Shown: positions 19,107-29,248, numbered from the stretch's first letter. The stretch: 58,800 nt of DNA from Thermoplasmatota archaeon (GCA_051745305.1 JBNJDY010000004.1:1-58800), one strand, 5' to 3'. A program made the numbers and translations. The notes: generated by a model from the sequence alone, not told the origin.

Positions 19107-19321
19107 TGCCTCTATTAAAAACCTTGGATATAAGAGAAATGGATAGTTCTGAGATGGAAGAAAAGTTAGAAGAACTCAGGGATGAATTACTTCATGAAAA
19201 GGGACAAGCCGCTATGGGTGGTGCCCCTGAAAGCCCTGGAAGAATTAAGGCTATAAAAACCAATATAGCGAGGATATTGACAGTCATGAATGAAAATAAG
19301 AAATCAAAAGGAGGAGATTGA
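19106..19321 (+). CDS. rpl29: 50S ribosomal protein uL29
   Basis: IREM..L-ELR-EL, PGRIK-IK--IARILT. Confidence 0.96.
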   Translation: MPLLKTLDIREMDSSEMEEKLEELRDELLHEKGQAAMGGAPESPGRIKAIKTNIARILTVMNENKKSKGGD

Positions 19322-19623
19322 TGCCGGAAAAAGTCTGCCCTACTTGTGGACTACCTGAAGAGATCTGTATATGTGAAGATATAGCCAGGGAACAACAGGA
19401 GATTAGGTTGTACCTTGATACTAGACGATATGGTAAAAAGGTCACTATCGTCGATGGGATTGATGAAAGTGATATCGACATAGAGGAGTTAGCTAGTGAA
19501 TTGAAATCGAAATGTGCAGCTGGAGGGACCACAAAAAAAGGTCATATTGAACTCCAGGGAAACCATATTGACAAAGTTAAAGAATACCTCGAAGGAAAAG
19601 GATTTCCGGTGGAGACAGGATAA
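19321..19623 (+). CDS. sui1: Translation initiation factor aIF1 (SUI1)
   Basis: CPTCGLP-E-C-CE, RRYGK-VT, CAAGGT, IELQG. Confidence 0.96.
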   Translation: MPEKVCPTCGLPEEICICEDIAREQQEIRLYLDTRRYGKKVTIVDGIDESDIDIEELASELKSKCAAGGTTKKGHIELQGNHIDKVKEYLEGKGFPVETG

Positions 19624-19624
19624 T

Positions 19625-19897
19625 ATGAAGAATCATTACGGTAAATTGGATCAACAGGAATTTATCGGTTCAGATATCGAAATAATCGATGCAAAGAATG
19701 ATAGTTATAAAACTATCGAAGGTAGTGTCGTCGATGAAACAATGAATACGATCGTAGTAAAGACACCAGGAAATAGATTGAAAGTAGTCCCTAAAAAAGG
19801 TAAACTATTCAAATTCAAAATAAACGATTACTCATTTGAGTTAAAAGGCAATAAGATTAACAATCGCCCAGAAGAAAGGATTAAGAAATCAGGTTGA
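19625..19897 (+). CDS. rnp1: Ribonuclease P protein component 1 (Rpp29)
   Basis: EFIG, G-VVDET-NT, PK, RPEERIK; conserved position; true ATG 19625. Confidence 0.92.
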   Translation: MKNHYGKLDQQEFIGSDIEIIDAKNDSYKTIEGSVVDETMNTIVVKTPGNRLKVVPKKGKLFKFKINDYSFELKGNKINNRPEERIKKSG

Positions 19898-19905
19898 TGA
19901 TAATA

Positions 19906-20247
19906 ATGTCGGAAGAAAAAGTACGTGATATCGGTGTGGATGTGCAACCACCTGAGAAAATCTGCAACGATAAAAATTGTCCATTTCATGGAACCCTACC
20001 TGTTAGAGGTAAGGTACTAAGAGGAACTGTGAAAAATAACAAGATGGACGGTTCTGTCGTTGTGAAAAGAGATTATCTAACTTACATACCAAAATATGAA
20101 CGATATGAGAAAAGGAGCAGTAACTATCCTACTCATTTACCGAAATGTATCGATGTCGAAGTAGGAGATGAGGTAAGGATAATGGAATGCAGACCACTTA
20201 GCAAGAGTGTATCATTCGTTGTCATAGATGGGGGTATAAAGAAATGA
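19906..20247 (+). CDS. rps17: 30S ribosomal protein uS17
   Basis: C-D-NCPFHG, KYERYEKR, ECRPLSK. Confidence 0.97.
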   Translation: MSEEKVRDIGVDVQPPEKICNDKNCPFHGTLPVRGKVLRGTVKNNKMDGSVVVKRDYLTYIPKYERYEKRSSNYPTHLPKCIDVEVGDEVRIMECRPLSKSVSFVVIDGGIKK

Positions 20248-20642
20248 AAGGTATCGCCGGGAGACAGACCAAAGGATTACCGGTAGGTAGTACGCTTAAA
20301 TGTATAGATAATACAGGAGCAAAAGAGGTTCGGACAGTTTCTGTTATTAACTACCATGGTGTACATAGGAGGTACCCAAAAGCTGGAGTTGGAGATTTGA
20401 TAGTAGTTTCAGTAACAAAGGGAACACCTGAAGTTAAAAGAGAGTTAAGTAGAGCAGTTATTGTTAGGCAAAAAAGACCCTTCCGTCGATCTGATGGAAC
20501 CATGGTGGAATTCGAAGATAATGCAGTAGTATTGACCCATGAAAATGGGGATACAAAAGGATCAGAAATCAAAGGACCTGTGGCAAGGGAGGCAGCAGAA
20601 AGGTGGCCCAGAGTTGGGGCGACCGCATCGATGATACTGTAG
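20244..20642 (+). CDS. rpl14: 50S ribosomal protein uL14
   Basis: DNTGAK, AVIVRQ, FEDNA-V, KGS-IKGPVA-E. Confidence 0.98.
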   Translation: MKGIAGRQTKGLPVGSTLKCIDNTGAKEVRTVSVINYHGVHRRYPKAGVGDLIVVSVTKGTPEVKRELSRAVIVRQKRPFRRSDGTMVEFEDNAVVLTHENGDTKGSEIKGPVAREAAERWPRVGATASMIL

Positions 20643-20650
20643 GTGATAAA

Positions 20651-21013
20651 ATGAGTGAAAAACCACGAAAACAAAGAAAAAGAAGAGAAAACGCACCACA
20701 TCATATTAAGAGGAAAATTATGTCTTCTCCCCTATCATCAGAATTAAGAAAGAAGTATGGGGTTAGGAGCCTACCTGTTCGAAAAGGAGATGAAGTTGAG
20801 ATAATGAGAGGCTCGTTTAAGGGATTGATCAACAATATAGTAGAAGTGGATAGGAGAAACGAGAAGGTCTATATTGAAAATGTTACCGTTCAAAAAGCTG
20901 ACGAATCAAAAGAACCTTATGGAGTACATCCATCCAATATAAAAATCTTAGAATTAGATTTATCAGATCCGTGGAGAAAAGAAAAAGTTGAATCTATAAA
21001 AGAGGGTGCATAA
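20651..21013 (+). CDS. rpl24: 50S ribosomal protein uL24
   Basis: S-KPRKQRK, KGDEV-IMRG, HPSN; GGTGA RBS before ATG 20651. Confidence 0.97.
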   Translation: MSEKPRKQRKRRENAPHHIKRKIMSSPLSSELRKKYGVRSLPVRKGDEVEIMRGSFKGLINNIVEVDRRNEKVYIENVTVQKADESKEPYGVHPSNIKILELDLSDPWRKEKVESIKEGA

Positions 21014-21015
21014 AC

Positions 21016-21732
21016 ATGAAAAGACATTCTAAAAGATATAAAGCATCGACAGAAAGATGGGGTATACCCACAAAGGAGTATTTCTGGGCACCTAAAACAA
21101 GACCAGGTGCTCATCCAGAATATAGAAGTGCACCTTTAGTCGTACTTGTGAGAGATATACTGAAATATGCGAACACTTCAAGAGAAGCAAATATCGCAGT
21201 TTCGGAAAATAAAGTACTTCTTGACGGAGACATAGTAAAGGATAAAAACATACCAGTAGGCCTAATGGATGTAATTTCATTACCCGAGTTGGACGAACAC
21301 TATAGAATGCTGTTTGATCAACATGGAAAGATACGTCTATCACCTATTAAAGAGGGTGCAGAGGGGTGGAAACTGTCTAAAATCGAGAAGAAGACGGTTA
21401 TTAAAGGCAACAGATGTCAGTTGAATTTACACGATGGTAGAAACCTAGTCGTAGATGACCCTGATAATTATCAAACTAAGGATGTTTTAAAAATTAGCAT
21501 ACCTGAACAAAAGATAATCGATGTGTTTGAATTCAATGAAGGTAACATGGCTTTGATAACTGGAGGTAAGCACATCGGTGAAATAGGTGTTATCGGTGAA
21601 TACGAAATTTTAAGAGGGTCTCAACCTAATTTAGTTCATTTTGAAGACGGTATTACCACTATCGAGGAATATGTTTTCGTAGTTGGTAGAGATAAACCGG
21701 AAATAAAGATACCTGAGGTTGGTATATTATGA
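21016..21732 (+). CDS. rps4e: 30S ribosomal protein eS4
   Basis: PGAH, RDILKYA, P-GLMDVI, HDGRN, ITGGKH-G. Confidence 0.97.
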   Translation: MKRHSKRYKASTERWGIPTKEYFWAPKTRPGAHPEYRSAPLVVLVRDILKYANTSREANIAVSENKVLLDGDIVKDKNIPVGLMDVISLPELDEHYRMLFDQHGKIRLSPIKEGAEGWKLSKIEKKTVIKGNRCQLNLHDGRNLVVDDPDNYQTKDVLKISIPEQKIIDVFEFNEGNMALITGGKHIGEIGVIGEYEILRGSQPNLVHFEDGITTIEEYVFVVGRDKPEIKIPEVGIL

Positions 21733-22244
21733 ATGAAGATAACCCGATGCGTAAACCCCGCATAGTCAAATGTGTAGTCAATATAGGTGTTGGTAGCGGA
21801 GGAGAGAAACAGGTGAAAGCGAAGAAGGTGCTTAATATGTTGACCGGTCAGGAACCAGTCGATACTATTTCCAAAACCACAAATGCGGACTTAGGTATTA
21901 GAAAAGGTCAGACTATAGGTTGTAAAGTCACTTTGAGGGGTAAGAAAGCGTATAACTTCTTAAAGAAAGCATTTTGGGTAACCAGCGATAGAATATTAGA
22001 AGAAAATTTTGATGATAATGGTAATTTTTCCTTTGGTATCGATGATTATACAGATTTTGAAAACCAGAAATATAACCCGAATATTGGGATTTTTGGTTTA
22101 GATATCTCGGTAGAGCTTGCAAGAAAAGGTGAGCGTATAAAAAGAAGAAAAAAGAAAACTAAAAAAATTCCACATCATCAAAAATTAACGAAGGAAGAGG
22201 CTATCGATTACGTCGAAAAGGCATTTGGCGTGGAGGCGATATAA
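21729..22244 (+). CDS. rpl5: 50S ribosomal protein uL5
   Basis: NPMR, VVNIGVG, IG-KVTLRG, GNFSFGI. Confidence 0.97.
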   Translation: MNEDNPMRKPRIVKCVVNIGVGSGGEKQVKAKKVLNMLTGQEPVDTISKTTNADLGIRKGQTIGCKVTLRGKKAYNFLKKAFWVTSDRILEENFDDNGNFSFGIDDYTDFENQKYNPNIGIFGLDISVELARKGERIKRRKKKTKKIPHHQKLTKEEAIDYVEKAFGVEAI

Positions 22245-22390
22245 TGAAACCAGACAAGGATTTTGGACGAAAGAAAGGATGTAAACGCTGTGGCAGAAAA
22301 AGAGGTATTATCCGACGTTACGGATTGCACGTTTGCCGTCAGTGTTTCAGAGAGATCGCAGAAGATCTAGGATTTGAGAAATATTCATGA
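22244..22390 (+). CDS. rps14: 30S ribosomal protein uS14 (not in ORF track, 48 aa)
   Basis: Hand translation [48 protein letters not shown]; lies between rpl5 and rps8. Confidence 0.96.
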   Translation: MKPDKDFGRKKGCKRCGRKRGIIRRYGLHVCRQCFREIAEDLGFEKYS

Positions 22391-22401
22391 GGTGCTAAAT
22401 T

Positions 22402-22791
22402 ATGAAACATGATCCACTTAATGATGCTTTGTCAAAAATAAACAATGCCGAAGACAGCGGTAAGATAGATTGTAATATAACTCCAGCTTCGAAACTTATT
22501 GGACGAGTATTGAAAGTAATGCAAGAGAATGATTATTTGGAAAAATTCGAATATATTGAAGATGGTCGAGGCGGAGAATATATAGTGAAATTGAAAGGCA
22601 ATATAAACAGATGTAAAGTAGTTAAGCCAAGATGGTCTTTAAAATCGAGCCAGATAGAAGAATATGAAGCTAGGTATCTACCAGCACAGGGCTTCGGAGT
22701 TTTGATACTCACGACCAATGAAGGAGTTCTTTCACATGAAGAAGCCAAAGAGAAAGGTGTTGGAGGTAAATTATTAGCGTACGTTTACTGA
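22402..22791 (+). CDS. rps8: 30S ribosomal protein uS8
   Basis: DPLNDAL, SKLI--VL, LPA-GFG, GGKLLAYVY. Confidence 0.97.
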   Translation: MKHDPLNDALSKINNAEDSGKIDCNITPASKLIGRVLKVMQENDYLEKFEYIEDGRGGEYIVKLKGNINRCKVVKPRWSLKSSQIEEYEARYLPAQGFGVLILTTNEGVLSHEEAKEKGVGGKLLAYVY

Positions 22792-22801
22792 GGTTAGGAA
22801 T

Positions 22802-23353
22802 ATGCCATTAGCAGCAATATTAGATAAAATCGTAGAAATCCCTGACGATGTGGATGTGAAAATAGTTGGTGAAGAGATCAACGTATCTGGACCCAACGGA
22901 ACGATCAAAAAGAAATTTACAGATAAAAGAGTAGATATCGTAATCAAAAATAATGAAGTCGAATTATCTGTGAAAGATCCCTCCAAAAGAGAGAAAGCTT
23001 TGTTGGGTACTTATACATCACATATCCAGAACATGGTTGAGGGTGTTCAAAATGATTTCGAATACAAGTTAAAAATAGTATATTCTCACTTTCCTGTAAA
23101 AGTCAGGTCAGAAGGGAATGAAGTTGTTATCGAAAATTTCATCGGAGAGAAGAAACCTAGAAGAGCACCCGTACTTGGTGAAACAAAAGTTGAAATAAAA
23201 GGTGATGAAGTGTTTGTTAAAGGTCTGGATAAAGACGATGTAGCCCAGACTGCGGCGAATATCGAATCAGCGACTAGGATTAAGAATACTGATAATAGGG
23301 TGTTCCAAGATGGAATCTATATAATCGAAAAGGCCGGAAGGTCGATAAAGTAG
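22802..23353 (+). CDS. rpl6: 50S ribosomal protein uL6
   Basis: YSHFP, NFIGEK-PR, QTAANIE, D-RVFQDGIY. Confidence 0.97.
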   Translation: MPLAAILDKIVEIPDDVDVKIVGEEINVSGPNGTIKKKFTDKRVDIVIKNNEVELSVKDPSKREKALLGTYTSHIQNMVEGVQNDFEYKLKIVYSHFPVKVRSEGNEVVIENFIGEKKPRRAPVLGETKVEIKGDEVFVKGLDKDDVAQTAANIESATRIKNTDNRVFQDGIYIIEKAGRSIK

Positions 23354-23363
23354 GTGAATTAAG

Positions 23364-23795
23364 ATGTCAGAAAACGAGAATGATGATTACGAAGTAAAGA
23401 AAAAACCTGAACTTGACGATGAAACAGAGAACCTGCTGAAAAAAAGAAAAGAAATCAAAGGTAGAAGACCTAAATTTTCTAGACAGGAATGGTTCCGGTA
23501 CAAAAAATTAGATAGGGACACATGGAGGAATCCAAAAGGATTACATTCAAAGATGAGGCAGAATTTGAAGTACAGACCCAATGTTGCATCTATTGGATAT
23601 AGATCACCTAAAAAAGTCAGAGGACTTCACCCTTCTGGTTTCGAAGAAGTTTTAGTCCATAACACCTCTGATTTAGAGGGTCTAGATACGGATACTCAGG
23701 CTGTCAGAATCGCCCATGGTGTTGGGATGAAGAAAAGAATAGATATTGAGAACAAAGCCGATGAAATGGATTTGAGAGTACTTAATAGGACTTAA
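23364..23795 (+). CDS. rpl32e: 50S ribosomal protein eL32
   Basis: P-F-RQ-W, WR-PKG-HSK, RGLHPSG. Confidence 0.97.
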   Translation: MSENENDDYEVKKKPELDDETENLLKKRKEIKGRRPKFSRQEWFRYKKLDRDTWRNPKGLHSKMRQNLKYRPNVASIGYRSPKKVRGLHPSGFEEVLVHNTSDLEGLDTDTQAVRIAHGVGMKKRIDIENKADEMDLRVLNRT

Positions 23796-23805
23796 GGTGT
23801 TATTT

Positions 23806-24288
23806 ATGGATGTAAAATATCAGAAAAGACTCGCGGCTAACATATTAAAATGCGGAAAAGACAGGGTTTGGATAGATGACACTATGCTAGACGAAGTCGT
23901 TGAAGCGATCACCCGTGAGGAAGTTAAGAATCTTATCGCTAATGATGTTATAAAGAAAAAGCCTGTTAAAGGAAATTCCAAAGGTAGGCACAGGTATAAT
24001 AAGAATCAGAAAAAGAAAGGTCGTAGAGGTGGATACGGTAAAAGGAAAGGTAAGAAGACCGCTAGAAATCCACCTAAACAGGATTGGAAAAGACGGATAC
24101 GGTCTATCCGAAAAGAATTGAAGTATTTAAGAGATAATGAATTCATAGATCGTACAACTTATAGAAAGTTTTACAACAAAGCTAAAGGTGGAACTTTTGA
24201 AAATAAATCCGATATGATACTCCATCTTAAGATGGAAGAGTATTTAGAAGAGGATTACGAACATACGGAGGAGAATAACAATGGCTGA
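23806..24288 (+). CDS. rpl19e: 50S ribosomal protein eL19
   Basis: QKRLAA-IL-CG--RVW, AITRE, G-RKG---AR, Y-KAKGG-F. Confidence 0.97.
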   Translation: MDVKYQKRLAANILKCGKDRVWIDDTMLDEVVEAITREEVKNLIANDVIKKKPVKGNSKGRHRYNKNQKKKGRRGGYGKRKGKKTARNPPKQDWKRRIRSIRKELKYLRDNEFIDRTTYRKFYNKAKGGTFENKSDMILHLKMEEYLEEDYEHTEENNNG

Positions 24289-24781
24289 AGGACCTACATA
24301 CAGGATGCCTTTAAAAAGAAGACGTGAAGGTAAAACTGATTACAGGCAGAGGTTGAGACTTCTGAAATCTGGGAAAACGAGAGCGGTAGTTAGAGTTACT
24401 AACAATAGAATAATAGTCCAATTTACAGATTTCCACGAGAATGGAGATATTATTAAAGTCAACGTAGATAGTAATCATCTCAAAAAATATGGTTGGGAAG
24501 GTCATGGTTCCAATCTACCGTGTTCGTATCTAGTTGGATACTTGGCAGGTAAGAAAGCCCAGGAAAAAGATATCGACCAGGCTGTATTGGATATAGGCTT
24601 GAACGTACCCCAAAAAGGTGGAAAACTCTTTTCTGCTTTGAATGGAATAGTAGATTCCGGGGTTCATGTCCCACATGATCCAAAGGTACTTCCCTCCGAA
24701 GAACGTACAGAAGGACAACACATTGGCGAAGAACTTGTAGATAATTTTAAAGAAGTTAAAGAAAAGTTGGAGGCTTTATGA
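24281..24781 (+). CDS. rpl18: 50S ribosomal protein uL18
   Basis: RRREGKTDY--R, AVLDIG, G--VPH. Confidence 0.97.
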   Translation: MAEGPTYRMPLKRRREGKTDYRQRLRLLKSGKTRAVVRVTNNRIIVQFTDFHENGDIIKVNVDSNHLKKYGWEGHGSNLPCSYLVGYLAGKKAQEKDIDQAVLDIGLNVPQKGGKLFSALNGIVDSGVHVPHDPKVLPSEERTEGQHIGEELVDNFKEVKEKLEAL

Positions 24782-25449
24782 TGGCAAACTGGGAACCTAA
24801 AACTAGACTGGGTAGAATGGTTCAACGTGGAGAAATAACCACAATGAGCGAAGCTCTAGATACCAGACTACCAATTCGTGAGTCAGAAATAGTAGATGCA
24901 CTTATACCGAATTTAGATGACGATGTACTTGACGTCAATATGGTTCAGAGGATGTCTGATTCAGGTAGGAGAGTAAGATTTACAGTCGCATCTGTAGTCG
25001 GAAACCGTGATGGATATGTTGGTTTAGGAACGGCTAAAGGTAAGGAAGTAGGTCCTACTATCAGAAAAAGTATTGATAATGCAAAATTAAATATTATTAG
25101 AATACGAAGAGGCGATGGGTCATGGCAATGTGGTTGTGGTCAGCCTCATACAATACCTTTTAGAGTAACTGGAAAATCAGGTTCAGTTTGGATCGAACTT
25201 TTCCCTGCTCCAAGTGGAATAGGTTTAGCTGTAGGCGACACTGCTAAATCGATTCTTTCGCGAGCAGGAATAGAAGATATTTGGGGTTTCTCTAAAGGTC
25301 ACACACGTACTACAGTCAACTATGCTAGAGCAGTATTTGATGCCATGAAAAAGACAGCGGAGATGAAAGTCACAGCTTCCCAAGCTAAAGATTTAGGTAT
25401 AATAGAAGGTATTCAGGGAAATATCGGTAAACAGAGTGGTGATGAATGA
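24781..25449 (+). CDS. rps5: 30S ribosomal protein uS5
   Basis: W-PKT-LG, VQRMSDSGR, VVGN-DG-VG, PAP-G-GL. Confidence 0.97.
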   Translation: MANWEPKTRLGRMVQRGEITTMSEALDTRLPIRESEIVDALIPNLDDDVLDVNMVQRMSDSGRRVRFTVASVVGNRDGYVGLGTAKGKEVGPTIRKSIDNAKLNIIRIRRGDGSWQCGCGQPHTIPFRVTGKSGSVWIELFPAPSGIGLAVGDTAKSILSRAGIEDIWGFSKGHTRTTVNYARAVFDAMKKTAEMKVTASQAKDLGIIEGIQGNIGKQSGDE

Positions 25450-25928
25450 TGGTTTTCGCTGTTATTAGGATTAGAAGTCCGAGGAACAAATCAAAAAAGA
25501 TGGAGAATACTTTAAATTCTTTGAGGTTAAATAAAGTAAATCATTGTACTATTTTATCTCAAAATGATAAATACCTTGGAATGCTTAAAAATATAAAAGA
25601 TATCGTTACTTGGGGAGAAATAGAAAATGATACTCTTGTATCCCTTCTTATAAACAATAGTACTATGGAAGGGGAAATTACAGATGAATACGTTTCCGAA
25701 AATACAGAGTATGATACTATTGAGAAATTTACGGAGAATGTTATAAACGGTGAAGCTGACATCACTGATCTCCCTGATATAGAAAATATATTTAGATTAC
25801 ATCCACCACGAGGTGGGTTTAGAAGTGTTAAAAAACCTTATGAGACCGGTGGATCACTAGGTTACAGAGGTAAAAATATAAATAATCTTCTTGAGAAGAT
25901 GTTTAATAATAAAGAAATTAAAGAGTAG
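25446..25928 (+). CDS. rpl30: 50S ribosomal protein uL30
   Basis: AVIRIR, L-L-KVNH, TWGE, FRLHPPRGG, GYRG--IN. Confidence 0.96.
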   Translation: MMVFAVIRIRSPRNKSKKMENTLNSLRLNKVNHCTILSQNDKYLGMLKNIKDIVTWGEIENDTLVSLLINNSTMEGEITDEYVSENTEYDTIEKFTENVINGEADITDLPDIENIFRLHPPRGGFRSVKKPYETGGSLGYRGKNINNLLEKMFNNKEIKE

Positions 25929-25937
25929 TGTGGTATC

Positions 25938-26372
25938 ATGGGTAAAAAGAAGACTAAAAAGAACAGAGGGTCAAGAACCCACGGCCGCGGTATTAAAGGT
26001 GGTAGAGGAGCTGGAGAACGCGGTGGTCGAGGTAAAGCAGGGCTGCAGAAACACAAGTGGAAATCTATAGTCAAAGAGGATAAGAATTATTTTGGTCCTA
26101 AAGGTTTTTCAAGGCCGCAGGGTCTCGTTGAAGAGACAGAGCCTATCAACATTTATCAAGTTGAGCAGCAGTTAGATGATCTTGTAGAAGATGGATATGC
26201 TTCGAAAAAGGGCTCGGGCTATGAAGTTGACCTTAAGAAAGCAGGATATAATAAATTATTAAGTCAAGGAAAAGCCCGGTTTCAGATGAAAATTAAAGTT
26301 TCCTCTACGAGTGAAAAGGCTGTTAGAAAAATAGAAGAAGCTGGTGGAGAAGTTATAACAACTGAAGATTAA
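25938..26372 (+). CDS. rpl15: 50S ribosomal protein uL15
   Basis: RGSRTHG, RG-G-RGG-G-AG, S--A--KIE-AGG. Confidence 0.97.
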   Translation: MGKKKTKKNRGSRTHGRGIKGGRGAGERGGRGKAGLQKHKWKSIVKEDKNYFGPKGFSRPQGLVEETEPINIYQVEQQLDDLVEDGYASKKGSGYEVDLKKAGYNKLLSQGKARFQMKIKVSSTSEKAVRKIEEAGGEVITTED

Positions 26373-26386
26373 GGAGAGAATATAAA

Positions 26387-27961
26387 ATGGCCGAGGATGA
26401 AAAAAAGAGCAGATTATATAAGCTCAAACCTCTCGTGGATAGAATGCCCGCAGTCAAGCAACCGGAAGGGCACGTTCATTTTCGGAGGAAGATAATCTGG
26501 ACCATATTGGTATTAGTTATTTATTTATGCATGACGAATATCCTTGTTTATGGTTTAGATCCAGCACAAACAATGGACTTGTTTGAGCAGTTCAGAGCAA
26601 TTTTTGCTGGTGAGTCTGGTTCTATCGTACACCTCGGTATAATGCCTATTGTTAACGCATCTATTATCATGCAGCTCTTTCAGGGAGCAGATATTATAAA
26701 TCTGGATATGAAAGACGATGATGATAAAGCAGTTTATCAGAATACACAAAAATTCCTCGTAATTGTGATGATACTTGTTCAGGCGATACCTCAAGTTTAT
26801 GGTTTCTTAGTGCCTGGTCAGGGCTTTATCGAAATATTAGATGGTTTGGTTGCAGGCCAAGGATTAATGTTAGCAAGGATTATAATTGTAATACAACTTT
26901 CAATAGGTTGTTATTTACTCTTCTTGATGGATGAAGTTGTTTCTAAGTGGGGCATAGGCAGCGGTATCAGTTTATTCATCGTGGCTGGTGTAGCACAAGG
27001 TTTGTTCACTGGTATCTTTAATTGGGCACCAGATCCAGCAGGAAGATCACCAGCACCAGTTGGAGCCATTCCTAGAGCAGTTTACACCATACAGCATTCT
27101 TCAGCCCAAGAACTTTCTGGTGGTGGTTTTGAAAATTTATTGCTACAACCTCCTAACGCTTTGATAACCTTACCGACTACAATAATCATATTTTTGATGG
27201 TGGCATATGTACAATCATCTAGAGTGGAACTTCCATTGGCCCACGGTAGAGCACGTGGTGCTCGAGGAAGATATCCTCTAAAATTGATTTATGCATCAGT
27301 AATACCTGTAATTTTGGTCTCAGCTTTACTAGCAAATATTAATTTGTTTTCTATGTTGTTCTATACAAATCCAACATTCCAAAACTTCCCAATATTTGGA
27401 GAAGCTGCGTGGCTTGGTGTGTTTCAACCCGGGTCGACAGAACCTATAGCAGGTGCTACTTGGTATATCTCTAATGTTAAAGGCTTAGGTGATTGGTTAT
27501 TACCGTTGATATCGGATAGATACGCCGGTATGTTGAGTCCAGAAGGAGTAGAATGGACTTATAGTAAAGCACAGATTATAGGTAGAGTGATAGGCCACTT
27601 TATATTCATGACCGTTTTCGCTATATTATTCTCTATATTCTGGGTCAGGACTACTAACATGGATGCAGAATCGGTTGCAGAACAGATTCAAGATAGTGGT
27701 ATGCAGATTCCTGGCTTTAGAAGGGATCCAAGGGTATTAAGGAAGGTATTGGAAAGATATATTCCAGCCATCACAGTATTTAGTGGGTTCTTTATTGGAG
27801 CCTTAGCTGCTAGTGCGAATATGATAGGCACCGTTGGTGACGCAGGAGGTGTAAGTCTGTTCCTTGCCATCAGCATCTTGACTGAACTCTATGAACAGAT
27901 GGGTAAAGAGCAGATGATGGAGATGCATCCTATGCTTAGAGATTTCTTCGGAAATCAATGA
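26387..27961 (+). CDS. secY: Preprotein translocase subunit SecY
   Basis: LGI-PIV-A-II-QL, SKWGIGSGISLFI, YP-KL-Y-S--P, IPGFRRDP; multiple TMs. Confidence 0.98.
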   Translation: MAEDEKKSRLYKLKPLVDRMPAVKQPEGHVHFRRKIIWTILVLVIYLCMTNILVYGLDPAQTMDLFEQFRAIFAGESGSIVHLGIMPIVNASIIMQLFQGADIINLDMKDDDDKAVYQNTQKFLVIVMILVQAIPQVYGFLVPGQGFIEILDGLVAGQGLMLARIIIVIQLSIGCYLLFLMDEVVSKWGIGSGISLFIVAGVAQGLFTGIFNWAPDPAGRSPAPVGAIPRAVYTIQHSSAQELSGGGFENLLLQPPNALITLPTTIIIFLMVAYVQSSRVELPLAHGRARGARGRYPLKLIYASVIPVILVSALLANINLFSMLFYTNPTFQNFPIFGEAAWLGVFQPGSTEPIAGATWYISNVKGLGDWLLPLISDRYAGMLSPEGVEWTYSKAQIIGRVIGHFIFMTVFAILFSIFWVRTTNMDAESVAEQIQDSGMQIPGFRRDPRVLRKVLERYIPAITVFSGFFIGALAASANMIGTVGDAGGVSLFLAISILTELYEQMGKEQMMEMHPMLRDFFGNQ

Positions 27962-27992
27962 TAAGCTGTCTTACATAAAGATAGGTGTTTGA

Positions 27993-28703
27993 ATGACTGA
28001 AAAAGAGGAAGAAGAAACCATCGAAGACGATATTAAAGACGATGATGAACCCAAAGAATTGTTTAGCTTAAGGAGATTCATCTACATATTTCTAGGCATC
28101 TTGACACTAATGGTGATGTTCGATGAAGGTTTAAGAGCATCTATGGGTGACCTCCTCGGAATTGTTTTAGAACCTATCGTAGGTTTCGATGGCAGTTATC
28201 CTGTTTTAACACTTGTGATCACTGGTTCATTGATGATAGCATTTTCCACCCTTGTAAGAGATATGTTCATCGATTGGGTTGAAATGGCTGAAATACAAAA
28301 GAAAACATCGGCCTTCCAAAAAGACATGATGGAGGCCAAGAAAGCTAATCAAAGCACAAAGGTCAAGAAAATGGAGAAGATCCAGCCTGAGATATCCAAA
28401 CTACAGATGAAAACATTCAAACCTCAGATAAAATCCATGGCGATCACGATGTTGGTGATCATATCGATATTTGGATGGTTGTGGTCTTTTCTGGAAGGTT
28501 TACAGAATGATACTTTTTCTGTTCCCTGGTCACTTAACGCAAGTTTTCTTAAGATGTATAATCTAGGTCCGATACCATTTCCACAATGGATCGGTGTTTA
28601 CATGCTGTTGTCCATTCCTTTAGGTCAGGTATTAAGGGTTACTTTACAGATATTAACTTTTAAAAATAAGATGGACGATGAAGATTTGAGGGCGTCTGAA
28701 TGA
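27993..28703 (+). CDS. DUF106 / EMC3-TMCO1 (Oxa1 superfamily) membrane insertase
   Basis: TM, coiled coil, FKPQ, TM, W--VY-L-S motif; conserved position after secY. Confidence 0.85.
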   Translation: MTEKEEEETIEDDIKDDDEPKELFSLRRFIYIFLGILTLMVMFDEGLRASMGDLLGIVLEPIVGFDGSYPVLTLVITGSLMIAFSTLVRDMFIDWVEMAEIQKKTSAFQKDMMEAKKANQSTKVKKMEKIQPEISKLQMKTFKPQIKSMAITMLVIISIFGWLWSFLEGLQNDTFSVPWSLNASFLKMYNLGPIPFPQWIGVYMLLSIPLGQVLRVTLQILTFKNKMDDEDLRASE

Positions 28704-29248
28704 CTGACTTCGAAGAAGTTATAATCACAATAAGTGGATTACCAGGTAGCGGTACTAGTACTGCAGCTAAACTATTAAGTCAAAAAACCGAGATGAATGT
28801 AATTTCAACTGGCGAAATTTTTAGAGAATTAGCTAAAGAAAGAGGATATAGTGTAGAAGAATTCGGTGAAGTTGCTGAGAACGATGAAAATATTGATATT
28901 GAACTTGATAAGAGGATTGTTAAAAAAGCTAAACCGGGATGTATTTTAGAGGGTAGGTTAACTGGACATATGCTTTCTAAGTCAAATAAAGTTGCTTATA
29001 AAGTTTGGATAGAAGCAGATTTAGATGCACGTATCGAAAGGATCGCAGATAGAGAACATATGGATTTAGAAAGGACAAAGAAACTGGTTAAAAAAAGAGA
29101 AATTAGCGAAAGAAAAAGATATCTTGATTATTATAAAATAGACCTTCTAGATACTGAGATCTATGACATGGTAATAGACTCAACAGAGAATTCACCTGAA
29201 GAGATAGTATCCAAAATCATCAACGGGGTTCAAGATGGACCATATTAG
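28700..29248 (+). CDS. cmk: Cytidylate kinase (archaeal)
   Basis: ITISGLPGSGTST, G-IFRE-A, LEGRL, RE-SE--RY--YY. Confidence 0.94.
   Translation: MTDFEEVIITISGLPGSGTSTAAKLLSQKTEMNVISTGEIFRELAKERGYSVEEFGEVAENDENIDIELDKRIVKKAKPGCILEGRLTGHMLSKSNKVAYKVWIEADLDARIERIADREHMDLERTKKLVKKREISERKRYLDYYKIDLLDTEIYDMVIDSTENSPEEIVSKIINGVQDGPY

Noticed and set aside
19514-19624. Long N-terminal extensions in the ORF track (rnp1, rpl24, korD, aor, acyl-CoA synthetase)
   Set aside because: Upstream alternative starts overlap neighbouring genes or promoter regions; family-like sequence begins at the downstream ATG, usually with an RBS.
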